Shown here piece after piece: positions 17,913 to 28,059 of a stretch of 36,111 bases of DNA (its first letter is position 1; every line of letters starts with the position of its first letter). Source of the DNA: Planctomycetaceae bacterium (lineage in GTDB: Bacteria > Planctomycetota > Planctomycetia > Planctomycetales > Planctomycetaceae); the NCBI GenBank assembly GCA_020850695.1, contig JADZEF010000164.1:1-36111 (forward strand), in the 5' to 3' direction. A program made the translations under genes and the position numbers. A model generated the notes under the pieces. It had not been told where the DNA came from. It searched no databases and saw only the letters and a program-made list of their open reading frames with translations.

Positions 17913-19472
17913 TCACCCTTTGAGAATCACGACCGTGCGATCATCTCGCGGCGGCACCGACTGCGTGTGCTGATCGACCGCCTGAAAGATCGCCGCAAGG
18001 ATCTCCGCCGCCGTCCTTGCTCGATGCGAGCGAACCGTATTCAGCAGCCGATCGACGCCAAAAGGAACTCCCCCCAGCGATTCCGCTTCGACGATTCCGT
18101 CGGTCACCGCAACATAGACAGCACCCGGCGTCAGTGGGACGGACGCCGCCGCCGGAATCGTCGCGTCCGACACCATTCCCAGGGCGGGTCCCGTCGTCGC
18201 CAGTTCGTGCTGAGAATCATCCGCTTCAACGATCCACGCGTTGTGGCCGGCGCCGGCGTAGGTCAGCAGACGTCTCTCCAGATTGACGCACACGCACGAC
18301 ACCTCGCAGAACCGCGAGCCGCGCACATCGTCGGCCACGAAGCGGTTCGCCTCGCTCAGGATGGCCCCCGGATCGCTCCGCTCGCGGCAGACTCCGCGCA
18401 GGTACGCTCGCGTCTGCGCCATCAGGGCCGAGGCTCCGACGTCGTGTCCGGAAACGTCCGCGAGCACCAAAGCCCATCCGCCCGTTGGCAGCGGGATGTA
18501 GTCGAAGAAGTCTCCCCCCATGACGTCGGCCGGATCCGAACGCCCTGCCATCTCCAACCCCGCCAGTGCGGGGGGCGCCGAGGGGAGAATGCCTCGCTGG
18601 ACTTCCCGGGCGATCCGCAGTTTCTCTTCCGCCGCACGCAGCGAACTCTCGGCGTGATAGGCCCGCCGGTAGTCGAGCATCAATCCGTAAAACGGAACCT
18701 GGTAGGCGAGGATCTTGAGGAAGCTCGCGATGTTCGCATCGCTGTCGAACGGGGCCCGCGATCCGAAGGCCGCATGACACTGAGCGGCGATCTGAGGCAG
18801 GATGCTCAACATCAATCCGTGCAAAAAGAGGCTCGGATGCGCCCGATGAAATCGGGGCAGCACGATCGCCCCGCCGAGCAGAAAGAGGATCAGCGGGACC
18901 GCGTCCCAGGGACGCGGAATGGGACTGTCGAGGTAGATCGTGCGAGGGAGTTTCGGCGTGGCGCTGCACGCATGGACGACGCCGTACGCCGCCACGCCCA
19001 GCAGCACGGTGAACATCGCCAGGAACCGCACGCTCCGCTCGGTGCGGCCCGAAATCGCGTGGTCGCCCCGGAGAAAGAAGCTGGCGCCTCCCACGATGAA
19101 CAGGGCATTGAGGATGCGCGACAGTGCCCAGGTAAAGGGGACGAAGTCGGTGCGCTGGGCGGCCCCGGAGAGGATCAAGCCGTTGGCGGCCAGCGTGTGA
19201 AACGCATCCATCGATCCGGAAAAGAAGAGCGCCGTCCCGATGATGGGCGTCGACACATCCCCTCTGAGCGAAAACTGCACCATGGAGAAATGGACGCTGA
19301 CAAGGGCCACGCCGAACGCAGTCCACTCGAGGATCGTGTGAATCGCCAGCTGCCGGAATGGGTCGCGCGAGGCGAAGTTCACCCCGGCGACTTGAAGCAG
19401 GGCCGGCACCGCGCACGCCAGCACCACCGACCAGACGATCGCCGGCGGCAGTGTCTTCGACGAGTCGCGCAT
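17913..19472 (-). CDS. Membrane-anchored PP2C-family (SpoIIE/RsbU-like) serine phosphatase with N-terminal multi-TM sensor region
   Basis: Internal ATG at 19472 gives MRDSSKTLPPAIVW.... About 8 TM helices. The C-terminal PP2C core has metal-binding Asp motifs in GGDFFDYIPLPTGGWALVLADVSGHDVGASALMA...YAGAGHNAWIV...AVTDGIVEA. Confidence 0.85.
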   Translation of the reverse strand: MRDSSKTLPPAIVWSVVLACAVPALLQVAGVNFASRDPFRQLAIHTILEWTAFGVALVSVHFSMVQFSLRGDVSTPIIGTALFFSGSMDAFHTLAANGLILSGAAQRTDFVPFTWALSRILNALFIVGGASFFLRGDHAISGRTERSVRFLAMFTVLLGVAAYGVVHACSATPKLPRTIYLDSPIPRPWDAVPLILFLLGGAIVLPRFHRAHPSLFLHGLMLSILPQIAAQCHAAFGSRAPFDSDANIASFLKILAYQVPFYGLMLDYRRAYHAESSLRAAEEKLRIAREVQRGILPSAPPALAGLEMAGRSDPADVMGGDFFDYIPLPTGGWALVLADVSGHDVGASALMAQTRAYLRGVCRERSDPGAILSEANRFVADDVRGSRFCEVSCVCVNLERRLLTYAGAGHNAWIVEADDSQHELATTGPALGMVSDATIPAAASVPLTPGAVYVAVTDGIVEAESLGGVPFGVDRLLNTVRSHRARTAAEILAAIFQAVDQHTQSVPPRDDRTVVILKG

Positions 19473-20021
19473 CGGAGAAAACGTTCCCGGCACTGGAGAA
19501 TGAGGTGTGGCTCGGGCACCGCCGCGCGCCCATCCCTTCGCTCGCGACGCATTGAAACCGATTGCAATTCCGCTCGACAACCCTTCGCGTCGCAATCTTC
19601 CTCAAACGCTCATCTTTCCGGCCGCAAGTCGCACTCGTCACACGACATGGCCATTCGGCTCCCGCGCCTCCCGCAGCATGGCCCACCGTTTGCAACTCCA
19701 CATCCGCTTCCCGCATCCCGCGGCGATCGAGGCTGGCAAACTCTGCCATCAGCGCAAACTGCGTTGAGTGCGTCGATGCTGCAGCGCTTACCCAGCTTTC
19801 GCGATCGGTGCGACCCGTCCGCACGCGCCAATTCGTTCTCTCGGAGCAGCCGGAATGACCATTGCCTGCATCCTGTGACGTATAGAATCAGCAATCGAAC
19901 GTGCGGCGTGTCGAACGCCTCGCGGTCGCATTCGTCGCCCGACATCGATGTCGGTCTCTGTGCGAGCAGGATGCTCAACCGGATCATCACCCCACTGTGG
20001 ATCAGGGGACTGGCCGTGTTG

Positions 20022-21698
20022 ATGCGCACGCAACTCCCATCACGCCGCACGCTGCTTTTCGCCGCTGCGCTTCTGCTTTCGGATGGATCGCCCGTCTCGT
20101 CGGCCCGCGCCCAGGATGCCGCCACCGCGGAGTCCTTTCCGCGCGAGGCCCAGCCGGCCGCGGTGGCGATGAATTACTCGCGGGCCGCCTTCCACCGCAT
20201 CCGCCGCTATCCGTCGAAGCGGGTGCTCATCGAGGAACGCGAGCAGATCCTCAACAATCTCGACCTCAACGGCATCGCCGACGAAGAGACCGTCCGTCTC
20301 TACACGGCCGTGCTGGCCGAGATCAGCGACGTCCAGATCGCCGACCGGGAGCGGGTGCTCATTCGAGAAGCCTTCCAGCGGAACCTCGAACGCTCGACGT
20401 TCAACAACGCCTGGACCCTGGGCACGCAGATCGCCTCGCACGACTTCCTCAATGCGGTAAAGACGGGGGCGAACAGCTGGTGGGATTACCGCGCCATCGT
20501 CTGGCAGAAGGACCTCGACACCTTCAAGGTCGATAAGTCGCAGCTCGTGGGGCTCGTCGACAAGTCGTCGCTGTTCCTCGACACCTTCTGGAAACTCATC
20601 CGCAAGCGCGGCATTCCCGACCGCTGGCTCATCCGCGGCGACGATCTCGATCGCCTCGAAGCGGCCATCCGCGAGCCCGACCCCGAGACACGGCTCCGCG
20701 TCCTCAAGCGGATGGAATCGTTCATGGAGTGCTATCCGCCATATTGGTATTACGTCGCCCGCACCCAGCAGGCCCTCGGCCAGCTGTTCGCGGCGGCCGA
20801 AACCTACGACCGCATGGCCAAGCTCGGCGAAGGGCACTTCCGCCGCGACGAGATGCTGGCTTCGGGGCTCGCCAACCGCGCGATGATCCAGGAATACCTG
20901 CATCAGCCCGGCGCTCCCGCCACGGCCCGCGACGCGTTGCGGCACGCGACCACGGTGTGGGAAGTGAACCTCGTCTGCTCGTCAGTGCTCGAACGCCACG
21001 GCTATCTCGACGAGGCCGAGGACGGCATCCTGCGAAACCTGGACGTTGGCCTCGAACGCGAGCAGAGCCGTGCGGCCCTCGCGGGTCTCTACATCCGCAA
21101 GGGAGACCGGGCGAAGCTCCTGTCGTACCTCAAGCAGGAAAACGTCGTCGGCTCGCTGCCCGTCCCGCTTCTCGTCGACGCGGCGCTGCTGCTGAAGTAC
21201 GAAGCCATCGGAGCGGGCGTCGCCGAGCGACTCGCCGGCTCGATGGCCTGCTACCCGGAACTCCGATTCGGCAAGGACGATTACGTCGTGGTCGCCGGCC
21301 CCGCCTGGAACCTCGGCGCCGTGCAGCTCTCCTTGAAGGCATCCGAGCGGCATTACGACGCCCCGAAGGTCGGCCCGCACGGGACGAAGAACGCGTTCCT
21401 CGAAGCCCGCTTCCGGGGCGTCGCCGAACTTGGCTCCCCGCTCAAACCGGCAGGCCTGCCGCCGACACTCTACCTGACGGTCGCCAATGGTGAGAACGAG
21501 AAGCTCGTCCTGCAGCTCCAGTCGTCGGGAGTTCTAGCCGACATCGCGAACGAAGCCGAGCAATCCTCCTCGCCCCTCGGCCTCACGCTGGGCCCGCGGA
21601 TGCCGGTCTACCGCATCACCGGCGTCGGGCGCGGCGAGGTCAACGTCTCCTTCCAGCCTGACCGCAACGCCTCGACGCTCTCGGCCAACGCGCCGTAG
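20022..21698 (+). CDS. Secreted hypothetical protein (~558 aa)
   Basis: ATG at 20022 gives the signal peptide MRTQLPSRRTLLFAAALLLSDGSPVSSARAQD. An alternative ATG lies at 19971. The rest of the 1269-aa track ORF upstream is an antisense shadow of the phosphatase gene. I recognise no domain. The sequence is helical-rich. Confidence 0.65.
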   Translation: MRTQLPSRRTLLFAAALLLSDGSPVSSARAQDAATAESFPREAQPAAVAMNYSRAAFHRIRRYPSKRVLIEEREQILNNLDLNGIADEETVRLYTAVLAEISDVQIADRERVLIREAFQRNLERSTFNNAWTLGTQIASHDFLNAVKTGANSWWDYRAIVWQKDLDTFKVDKSQLVGLVDKSSLFLDTFWKLIRKRGIPDRWLIRGDDLDRLEAAIREPDPETRLRVLKRMESFMECYPPYWYYVARTQQALGQLFAAAETYDRMAKLGEGHFRRDEMLASGLANRAMIQEYLHQPGAPATARDALRHATTVWEVNLVCSSVLERHGYLDEAEDGILRNLDVGLEREQSRAALAGLYIRKGDRAKLLSYLKQENVVGSLPVPLLVDAALLLKYEAIGAGVAERLAGSMACYPELRFGKDDYVVVAGPAWNLGAVQLSLKASERHYDAPKVGPHGTKNAFLEARFRGVAELGSPLKPAGLPPTLYLTVANGENEKLVLQLQSSGVLADIANEAEQSSSPLGLTLGPRMPVYRITGVGRGEVNVSFQPDRNASTLSANAP

Positions 21699-21908
21699 AA
21701 GACAGAAGTCGGCCAGAATGCAGGCAGCCCTCCCGCTTCGCGAGACAGTACGCCGAAGGCGTTCCATCGGATAGCCCGGCATCGCGAACGGAGTGAGCGC
21801 ACGCCGGACGCCGGGAATGGCTGTCGTTGACTTTGGCGCGGAAGGGGACGATCCGGTATCGTAGCGAGCTTCGCTCCGGTCCATTCCCTTTTGCCCCGCT
21901 TCCGTTCC

Positions 21909-22565
21909 ATGAGCAGCCGAACCGATCTGCAGCGCGTCCTCGACAGCGGCCTCGTGGCCATCATCCGGGCTTCGTCCAGCGAGCAGCTGGTCAACGTCGC
22001 CCGCGCCCTTCATGAAGGGGGCATCGACGTCCTCGAGGTCACGTTCACCGTGCCCAACGCGCTCGAGATTCTGGCGGCCGTGAAGAAGGACCTTGGGAAA
22101 AAGGTGCTGCTCGGCGCGGGGACCGTCCTCGATCCCGAGACGGCCCGCGCGGCGCTTCTGGCGGGGGCCGAGTTTCTCGTCTCGCCCAATGTCAATCTCG
22201 ACGTCATCCGCATGTGCCGGCGTTACGACAAGTGTGTGATGCCCGGAGCCTTCACGCCGACAGAAATCCTGTCAGCGTGGGACGCGGGGGCCGACATTGT
22301 GAAGGTCTTTCCGGCAGACGTTGGCGGACCCGGCTATCTCAAGGCCGTCCACGGACCACTCCCGCAAGTCCGCCTGATGCCGACCGGCGGCGTCGACCTG
22401 ACGACGCTTCGCGACTTCGTGAAAGCGGGTGCGGTGGCGGTCGGCCTCGGCAGCGCCCTTGTCGAAAAGAAGGCGGTCGAAACCGGCGACATGGCCCGCA
22501 TCCGCGACCTCGCCGGCCAGTACGTTCAGCTCATGAAGACGGTCCGGGCCGAACTGAAAGGCTGA
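21909..22565 (+). CDS. eda: KDPG/KHG aldolase (2-dehydro-3-deoxyphosphogluconate aldolase)
   Basis: TIM-barrel aldolase motifs: GLVAIIRASS...GIDVLEVTF, LLGAGTVL, FLVSPN, MPGAFTPTEI and the Schiff-base region GADIVKVFPA. ATG at 21909. Confidence 0.9.
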   Translation: MSSRTDLQRVLDSGLVAIIRASSSEQLVNVARALHEGGIDVLEVTFTVPNALEILAAVKKDLGKKVLLGAGTVLDPETARAALLAGAEFLVSPNVNLDVIRMCRRYDKCVMPGAFTPTEILSAWDAGADIVKVFPADVGGPGYLKAVHGPLPQVRLMPTGGVDLTTLRDFVKAGAVAVGLGSALVEKKAVETGDMARIRDLAGQYVQLMKTVRAELKG

Positions 22566-22756
22566 GTCTCTCAGAAAGCATTTCAACGCAAAGACGCAAG
22601 GACAGCTAAGAAACGCAAGGGAAGAAGCGATTCAGCTTTCGCCGCGCAGTCGTCATCCGTTCGCGCCGGCATTCCCAAGGATCTGCATCCCCGACTTTCC
22701 CTTGCGCCCCTCGCGTCTTTGCGTTAAGGGCTTTTTCCTGCCCATAACATCACATG

Positions 22757-22790
22757 CAACCTCGCCGATGGAATGTCCGCGGCGAGGTTG
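22757..22790 (+). other. Perfect 11-bp hairpin (caacctcgccg-N12-cggcgaggttg) in the AT-richer eda-eno intergenic region
   Basis: Seen directly. It lies 53 nt upstream of the eno start. It also sits inside a longer-range 13-bp perfect inverted repeat pair, aacgcaaagacgc (22586-22598) and gcgtctttgcgtt (22704-22716). Confidence 0.4.
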
Positions 22791-22830
22791 GTAAAACACC
22801 GCTCAAACATCTGCCATCACTCGAGTCTGA

Positions 22831-24117
<1,287 letters not shown>

Positions 24118-24477
24118 CGGCCGTCGGCGGAGGAGTCTCTTGTCCTCCACGCACCGTCGTGAGATGCGTCCATAAGGAGCGTCGAACGGGTCCCCGCGTC
24201 CCTGCATCGCCAGCAGAGGATGCTCTCCGAGCGAAGGACTGCGGCGCATTACCGGCGGGTGATCCGCTTCGCAGCCTTGCCTTCCATCGCCAGGCGTGAG
24301 GTTTGGTCCGGCCTTGGAAGGCCGGACTACGGAAGCGCGGCGGTAAAGCGCTCTCATCCATTCGGTTCAAGGAATGAAGGCGAGTGGTCCTGCCTCCACT
24401 CGTCTCATCATGTGAATGGGGTGGCCGAAGCGGGCGGGGCCACCGGAGCGGCGGACGTCTGAGGTTTTCGGCCGGGC

Positions 24478-25869
24478 CTAAAGCGAGTACCCGCCCTCAG
24501 GCATGGCCAGGCCGCTGAAGTTTTCGAACCGCATGAACTCGCTGCGCCACGTCAGGTTCACGATGCCGACGGGGCCGCTGCGGTTCTTGGCGACGATGAT
24601 CTCGGCCAGCCCCTTCTTCTGATCGTACTCGGGATCGCCGGGGACCATGTAGACCTCGGGGCGATGCAGCAGCATCACGAGGTCGGCGTCCTGCTCGATC
24701 GAACCGCTCTCGCGAAGGTCGGCGAGTCGCGGGCGCTTGTCTCCTTCCTTGCGTGTTTCAACGCCGCGGTTGAGCTGCGCCAGCGCGATGACGGGAATGT
24801 GGAGTTCCTTGGCGAGGAACTTCAGCCGCCGCGTGATCTGGGCGACCTGCTGCTCGCGCGGGGCGCGACGGTCTTCCGGCTCGATGAGCTGGAGATAGTC
24901 GATGATGACCAGCCCCAGGTTGTGCTGCCGCTTCATGCGCCGCGACAGGGCGGAAATCTGCGAGATCGATCGGCCCGGCTGATCGTCGATGAACAGCGGC
25001 ATCTCGCTCAGCTCGGACGACGCGGTCATCAACTGATGCCGCTCGATCTCGTCGAGTTCGCCCGCCCGCAGCCGGTGTCCGTTGATGCGGGCTCGGATGC
25101 ATAGGAACCGCTCGGCCAGCTCGACCTTCGACTGTTCGAGGCTGAAGATCAGCACGCCCTTTTGCGTCTCGGCGGCCGCTTCGGCGAGGTTACAGACGAG
25201 GGCCGTCTTACCCATGCTGGGACGGGCGGCGATGATGATGAGTTCGGTCGGCTGCAGGCCGTTGGTCTTCTCGTCGAGGTCCATGAACCCTGTTGGCAGC
25301 CCGCTGATCGTCCCTTCCTTCTCCATCCGCTCGTTGATCTTGTCGAACGCGTCAATGAGGATGTCGCCGATCGCGAACTTCTGCGTCGTCTCCTGCTCTT
25401 CGAGAATGCGGAAGATGCTCTGCTCGGCTTTTTCGAGCAGGTCGTCGGTGTCGACGTTTGACTCGTAGCAGCCCTTCAGGACGTCGGTGCAGGCGTAGAT
25501 GAGGCTCCGCTGGATGGCCTTGTCGCGGACGATGCGGCCGTAATAGCGGGCGTGTGCCGCGTGCGGGACCGCATCGAGGATCTCGGCGATGTAGGCCGGG
25601 CCGCCGATCTCGGCCAGCTCGCCGCGGCGGTCGAGTTCTTCGGCCAGCGTCACCGCATCGATGCCGCGGGTGCCGTTCTCGTAGAGGTGCTGGATGGCCG
25701 AGAAGATCTTGCGGTGCGTGTCGCTGTAGAAGTGGTCCGAGACGAGGAACTCGGTGACTTCGTCGATCGTGTCGTTGACGAGCAGCACGCTTCCGAGGAC
25801 GCCCTTTTCGGCGTCGAGGTTCTGCGGGGGGAGCCGGTCGAAGGCAGCGGCGATGCGGTTTTCGGGCAT
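24478..25869 (-). CDS. dnaB: Replicative DNA helicase DnaB
   Basis: N-terminal domain PPQNLDAEKGVLGSVLL. Walker A IIIAARPSMGKTA. Walker B/H4 LGLVIIDYLQLI. ...QISRRLKFLAKELHIPVIALAQLNR. 463 aa, no intein. Confidence 0.95.
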   Translation of the reverse strand: MPENRIAAAFDRLPPQNLDAEKGVLGSVLLVNDTIDEVTEFLVSDHFYSDTHRKIFSAIQHLYENGTRGIDAVTLAEELDRRGELAEIGGPAYIAEILDAVPHAAHARYYGRIVRDKAIQRSLIYACTDVLKGCYESNVDTDDLLEKAEQSIFRILEEQETTQKFAIGDILIDAFDKINERMEKEGTISGLPTGFMDLDEKTNGLQPTELIIIAARPSMGKTALVCNLAEAAAETQKGVLIFSLEQSKVELAERFLCIRARINGHRLRAGELDEIERHQLMTASSELSEMPLFIDDQPGRSISQISALSRRMKRQHNLGLVIIDYLQLIEPEDRRAPREQQVAQITRRLKFLAKELHIPVIALAQLNRGVETRKEGDKRPRLADLRESGSIEQDADLVMLLHRPEVYMVPGDPEYDQKKGLAEIIVAKNRSGPVGIVNLTWRSEFMRFENFSGLAMPEGGYSL

Positions 25870-25873
25870 GGGA

Positions 25874-26290
25874 TCAGGTCACTCCTTCCGATTCACGTTC
25901 GCCTTGCGCATCTCGGTTTTGCTCGTCAGGCGATTCGAGCAACTCCAGTTCTCTGACGGCCGCCTGCCAGGCGGGGTCATGAACTGCCCTCTGAATCGGC
26001 CTTAAAGCTTTTTCCCGGCTTCGGCGAGCGCCGCGATAGCCATAACAATCCGTGTCCCACAGGAAATCGAACCATGCGAGCAGATCATATCCGAAGTCTT
26101 GCCGCGTCATGAGAACGAGACGATGTCGAGCGGACTGGATCCGCTCTGCCAGCGGCGTTCTGGGGCGAAAATCGGAGTGCCACGTCCGGCCGCACATAAG
26201 GGCCATGGCCCATTCAGAAGGAGTCAGTTTCATCCAGCGGTTCCGGCAATCAAGGACTCTTTCGTCGACGGAACGCGAATTGGCTGGCAT
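25874..26290 (-). CDS. Hypothetical protein (~138 aa) inserted between rplI and dnaB; noticeably lower GC
   Basis: Internal ATG at 26290 (MPANSRSVDERVLDCRNRWMKLTPSEW...). Its stop is 4 nt before the dnaB ATG. I recognise no domain. GC is roughly 55% against ~65% in the flanks. Confidence 0.5.
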   Translation of the reverse strand: MPANSRSVDERVLDCRNRWMKLTPSEWAMALMCGRTWHSDFRPRTPLAERIQSARHRLVLMTRQDFGYDLLAWFDFLWDTDCYGYRGARRSREKALRPIQRAVHDPAWQAAVRELELLESPDEQNRDAQGERESEGVT

Positions 26291-26397
26291 TGACGCACAA
26301 AGCCCGGCCTTCCGAAGGAAGACCGGGCTTCGAGTTGTCTCACGAAAGCATCGCGTGCGGAGCGAACGGGTTACAGAGCGACCCGATCGCGGGCACA

Positions 26398-26916
26398 TCA
26401 CGTGCTGGCTGTCGGGACGACCCACACTTTGACGTCGGTGCGGACTTCCGGGTGCAGCTCGAGCTTCACGGTGTACATGCCCAGTTCCTTCAGCGGGCCT
26501 TCGAGCTTGATGTGGTCCGTCTCGATATCGTAGCCGGCCGTCTTGAGGGCTTTCGAAATGTCGTGGGCGAGGACCGATCCGTAGAGGTGTCCTTCGGCGT
26601 TGGCGTGGGCTTCGAGGGTCACGCTGTACTTGCTGACCGCATCGGCCCGCTGCCGGAGCGTCTTGACGCGGGCGACTTCGAGTTCGCCCAGCTTCTTCTT
26701 GTGCTGTTCGACAGCCCGCTTGTTTTCCTCGGTCGCGATGGTCGCGTAGCCGTGCGGGAGGAGGTAGTTCCGGGCGTAGCCGGGCTTCACCTTCACGATC
26801 TCGCCGCGGTTACCGAGCGTCGAAATGTCTTCCGCGAGGAGCACTTCCATCGACCGGCGGGTGATCCCGATGTCGCGGTTGATGCCGCGTTTCTTCTTGG
26901 TGGCGGGGGCAGGCAT
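26398..26916 (-). CDS. rplI: 50S ribosomal protein L9, possibly with a 22-aa Lys-rich N-terminal extension
   Basis: The core MEVLLAEDISTLGNRGEIVKVKPGYARNYLLPHGYA...HLYGSVLAHDISKALKTAGYDIETDHIKLEGPLKELGMYTVKLELHPEV is canonical L9. The ATG at 26916 has a GAGGGA SD 12 nt upstream. The ATG at 26850 (canonical L9 N-terminus) has none. Confidence 0.85.
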   Translation of the reverse strand: MPAPATKKKRGINRDIGITRRSMEVLLAEDISTLGNRGEIVKVKPGYARNYLLPHGYATIATEENKRAVEQHKKKLGELEVARVKTLRQRADAVSKYSVTLEAHANAEGHLYGSVLAHDISKALKTAGYDIETDHIKLEGPLKELGMYTVKLELHPEVRTDVKVWVVPTAST

Positions 26917-27394
26917 GACAGAAAATCCCTCGAACGATTCGATCGTCCGCCGTCCGGACGACTGCACAAAAACACAGAACTTCGCAAGGCCAAGTGGCGG
27001 GAGCGAAGGATCGGACAGTGTCTCCGGAACAGGGCGTAAGGTCAAGTCATCCGGGGTTGGTACGGATGTGTGCAGGTGATACCTATCCGAGGACCGGTCG
27101 CAATGAAACCCATCCCCGATTATTCAGCCTCTGCCTTGAGGACGCGGTCGTCCGCGCAGTCGAAGCGACAATCCCGTCGTCGAACCGACGACGGGCTTCG
27201 CCTTCCCGAACCGGTCCGTCCGGTCATAATGGAATGTCTCGAACGACCTTCGACGCCTGAGCCGATTCCTGCCGGATTCGGCGCGCTTTCTGCATGCCTC
27301 TGAGTGGTATAGCGAAAGCGTGGTTGCTTTGGTGCCATGAATCGGATACAGGTCCGGTGGTCGGATACGCTTCGTAAGGGCAGGAGTTCTCGCC

Positions 27395-27877
27395 GTGGGT
27401 CGCGTGTTGGTCGTGGTGATGGCGACCACTTCCGTGCTTTATCACACGGTGGTGGGATGCTGCGCGCACCATGTCCACTCCCATCGTTCGACGCCGGCGG
27501 CAGAAACGGCAAAATCTGCTTCGACATGCTCGACGAAACGCCTCTGCTGCCACGTCCACTCCCATCGACGTGGGAGCAAGTCGGCCTCGGTAGATGCCAG
27601 GGACAACGGCCCGAAGGATTCTGAGCACGGTCGATCAGCGCCCGACGACGACTCCGTGCCGTGTGACGAGGCTTCGTGCGCGTTTGCTTTGACGAAGCCC
27701 GCAGCACTCCCGCGGGATGCCATGAAATGGCTCCCCCTGTCGGCCCTGGCCGATGTGGCCGAGTCGCGGGACATTCTGATTTCGACGCAGACAAGTGCGG
27801 CGACCTGCGGGCAATCTCCCGTCTGGTGGCCCGAATCCTTGCGCGCGCATCTCTTCCTGCAGAACCTGCGGAATTGA
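27395..27877 (+). CDS. Small Cys/His-motif protein (160 aa) upstream of the heavy-metal RND operon; candidate metal-binding or sensing protein
   Basis: GTG start at 27395 with AGGAG 7 nt upstream (ATG alternative at 27419). Hydrophobic N-terminus RVLVVVMATTSVLY. Duplicated motif CCAHHVHSHR / CCHVHSHRR, plus extra Cys (VPCDEASC, ATCGQ). GC3-rich codon usage. Confidence 0.5.
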   Translation: MGRVLVVVMATTSVLYHTVVGCCAHHVHSHRSTPAAETAKSASTCSTKRLCCHVHSHRRGSKSASVDARDNGPKDSEHGRSAPDDDSVPCDEASCAFALTKPAALPRDAMKWLPLSALADVAESRDILISTQTSAATCGQSPVWWPESLRAHLFLQNLRN

Positions 27878-27949
27878 GTTGCGGGACCGTTGCGTCTTGC
27901 GACGCCGGGTTCTGATATCGCGCGATCCCTGATTGCCCATGCGGCCTGG

Positions 27950-27975
27950 TCGCGTTCCCGTGTCGCGTTCCCGTG
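27950..27975 (+). promoter_or_regulatory. Perfect 13-bp tandem direct repeat (tcgcgttcccgtg x2) ~85 nt upstream of the RND adaptor gene; candidate regulator binding site
   Basis: Seen directly: 27950-27962 equals 27963-27975, followed by the related tcgtgcatcgtg. Direct repeats of this spacing are typical of OmpR/CzcR-type response regulator sites. No regulator gene is in the window. Confidence 0.3.
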
Positions 27976-28059
27976 TCGTGCATCGTGGCCATTCGAAGGC
28001 CGCGGATCCGACGCCTTCTCCTTCTTGCCGGTACGTTCCGAAAGTCGCAGGGTGCTCTG

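Noticed and set aside
18226-19824. 532-aa minus-strand ORF in an alternative frame of the phosphatase gene
   Set aside because: Frame-shifted shadow. The PP2C motifs are in the 17913..19472 frame.
17889-20021. N-terminal ~710 codons of the 1269-aa plus-strand track ORF
   Set aside because: This part is antisense to the PP2C phosphatase gene and Arg-rich. Only the portion from the ATG at 20022, with a proper signal peptide, looks like a real gene.
20040-20945. 301-aa minus-strand ORF
   Set aside because: It is antisense to the secreted hypothetical gene and has no features.
21828-21870. TTGACT ... tatcgt possible promoter upstream of eda
   Set aside because: The spacer is ~24 nt, too long for a sigma70-type promoter.
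26000-26075. ggttcgatttcc, resembling a tRNA T-arm
   Set aside because: It lies inside the hypothetical CDS (WFDFLWD region). It has no acceptor or anticodon stem complementarity and no cloverleaf.
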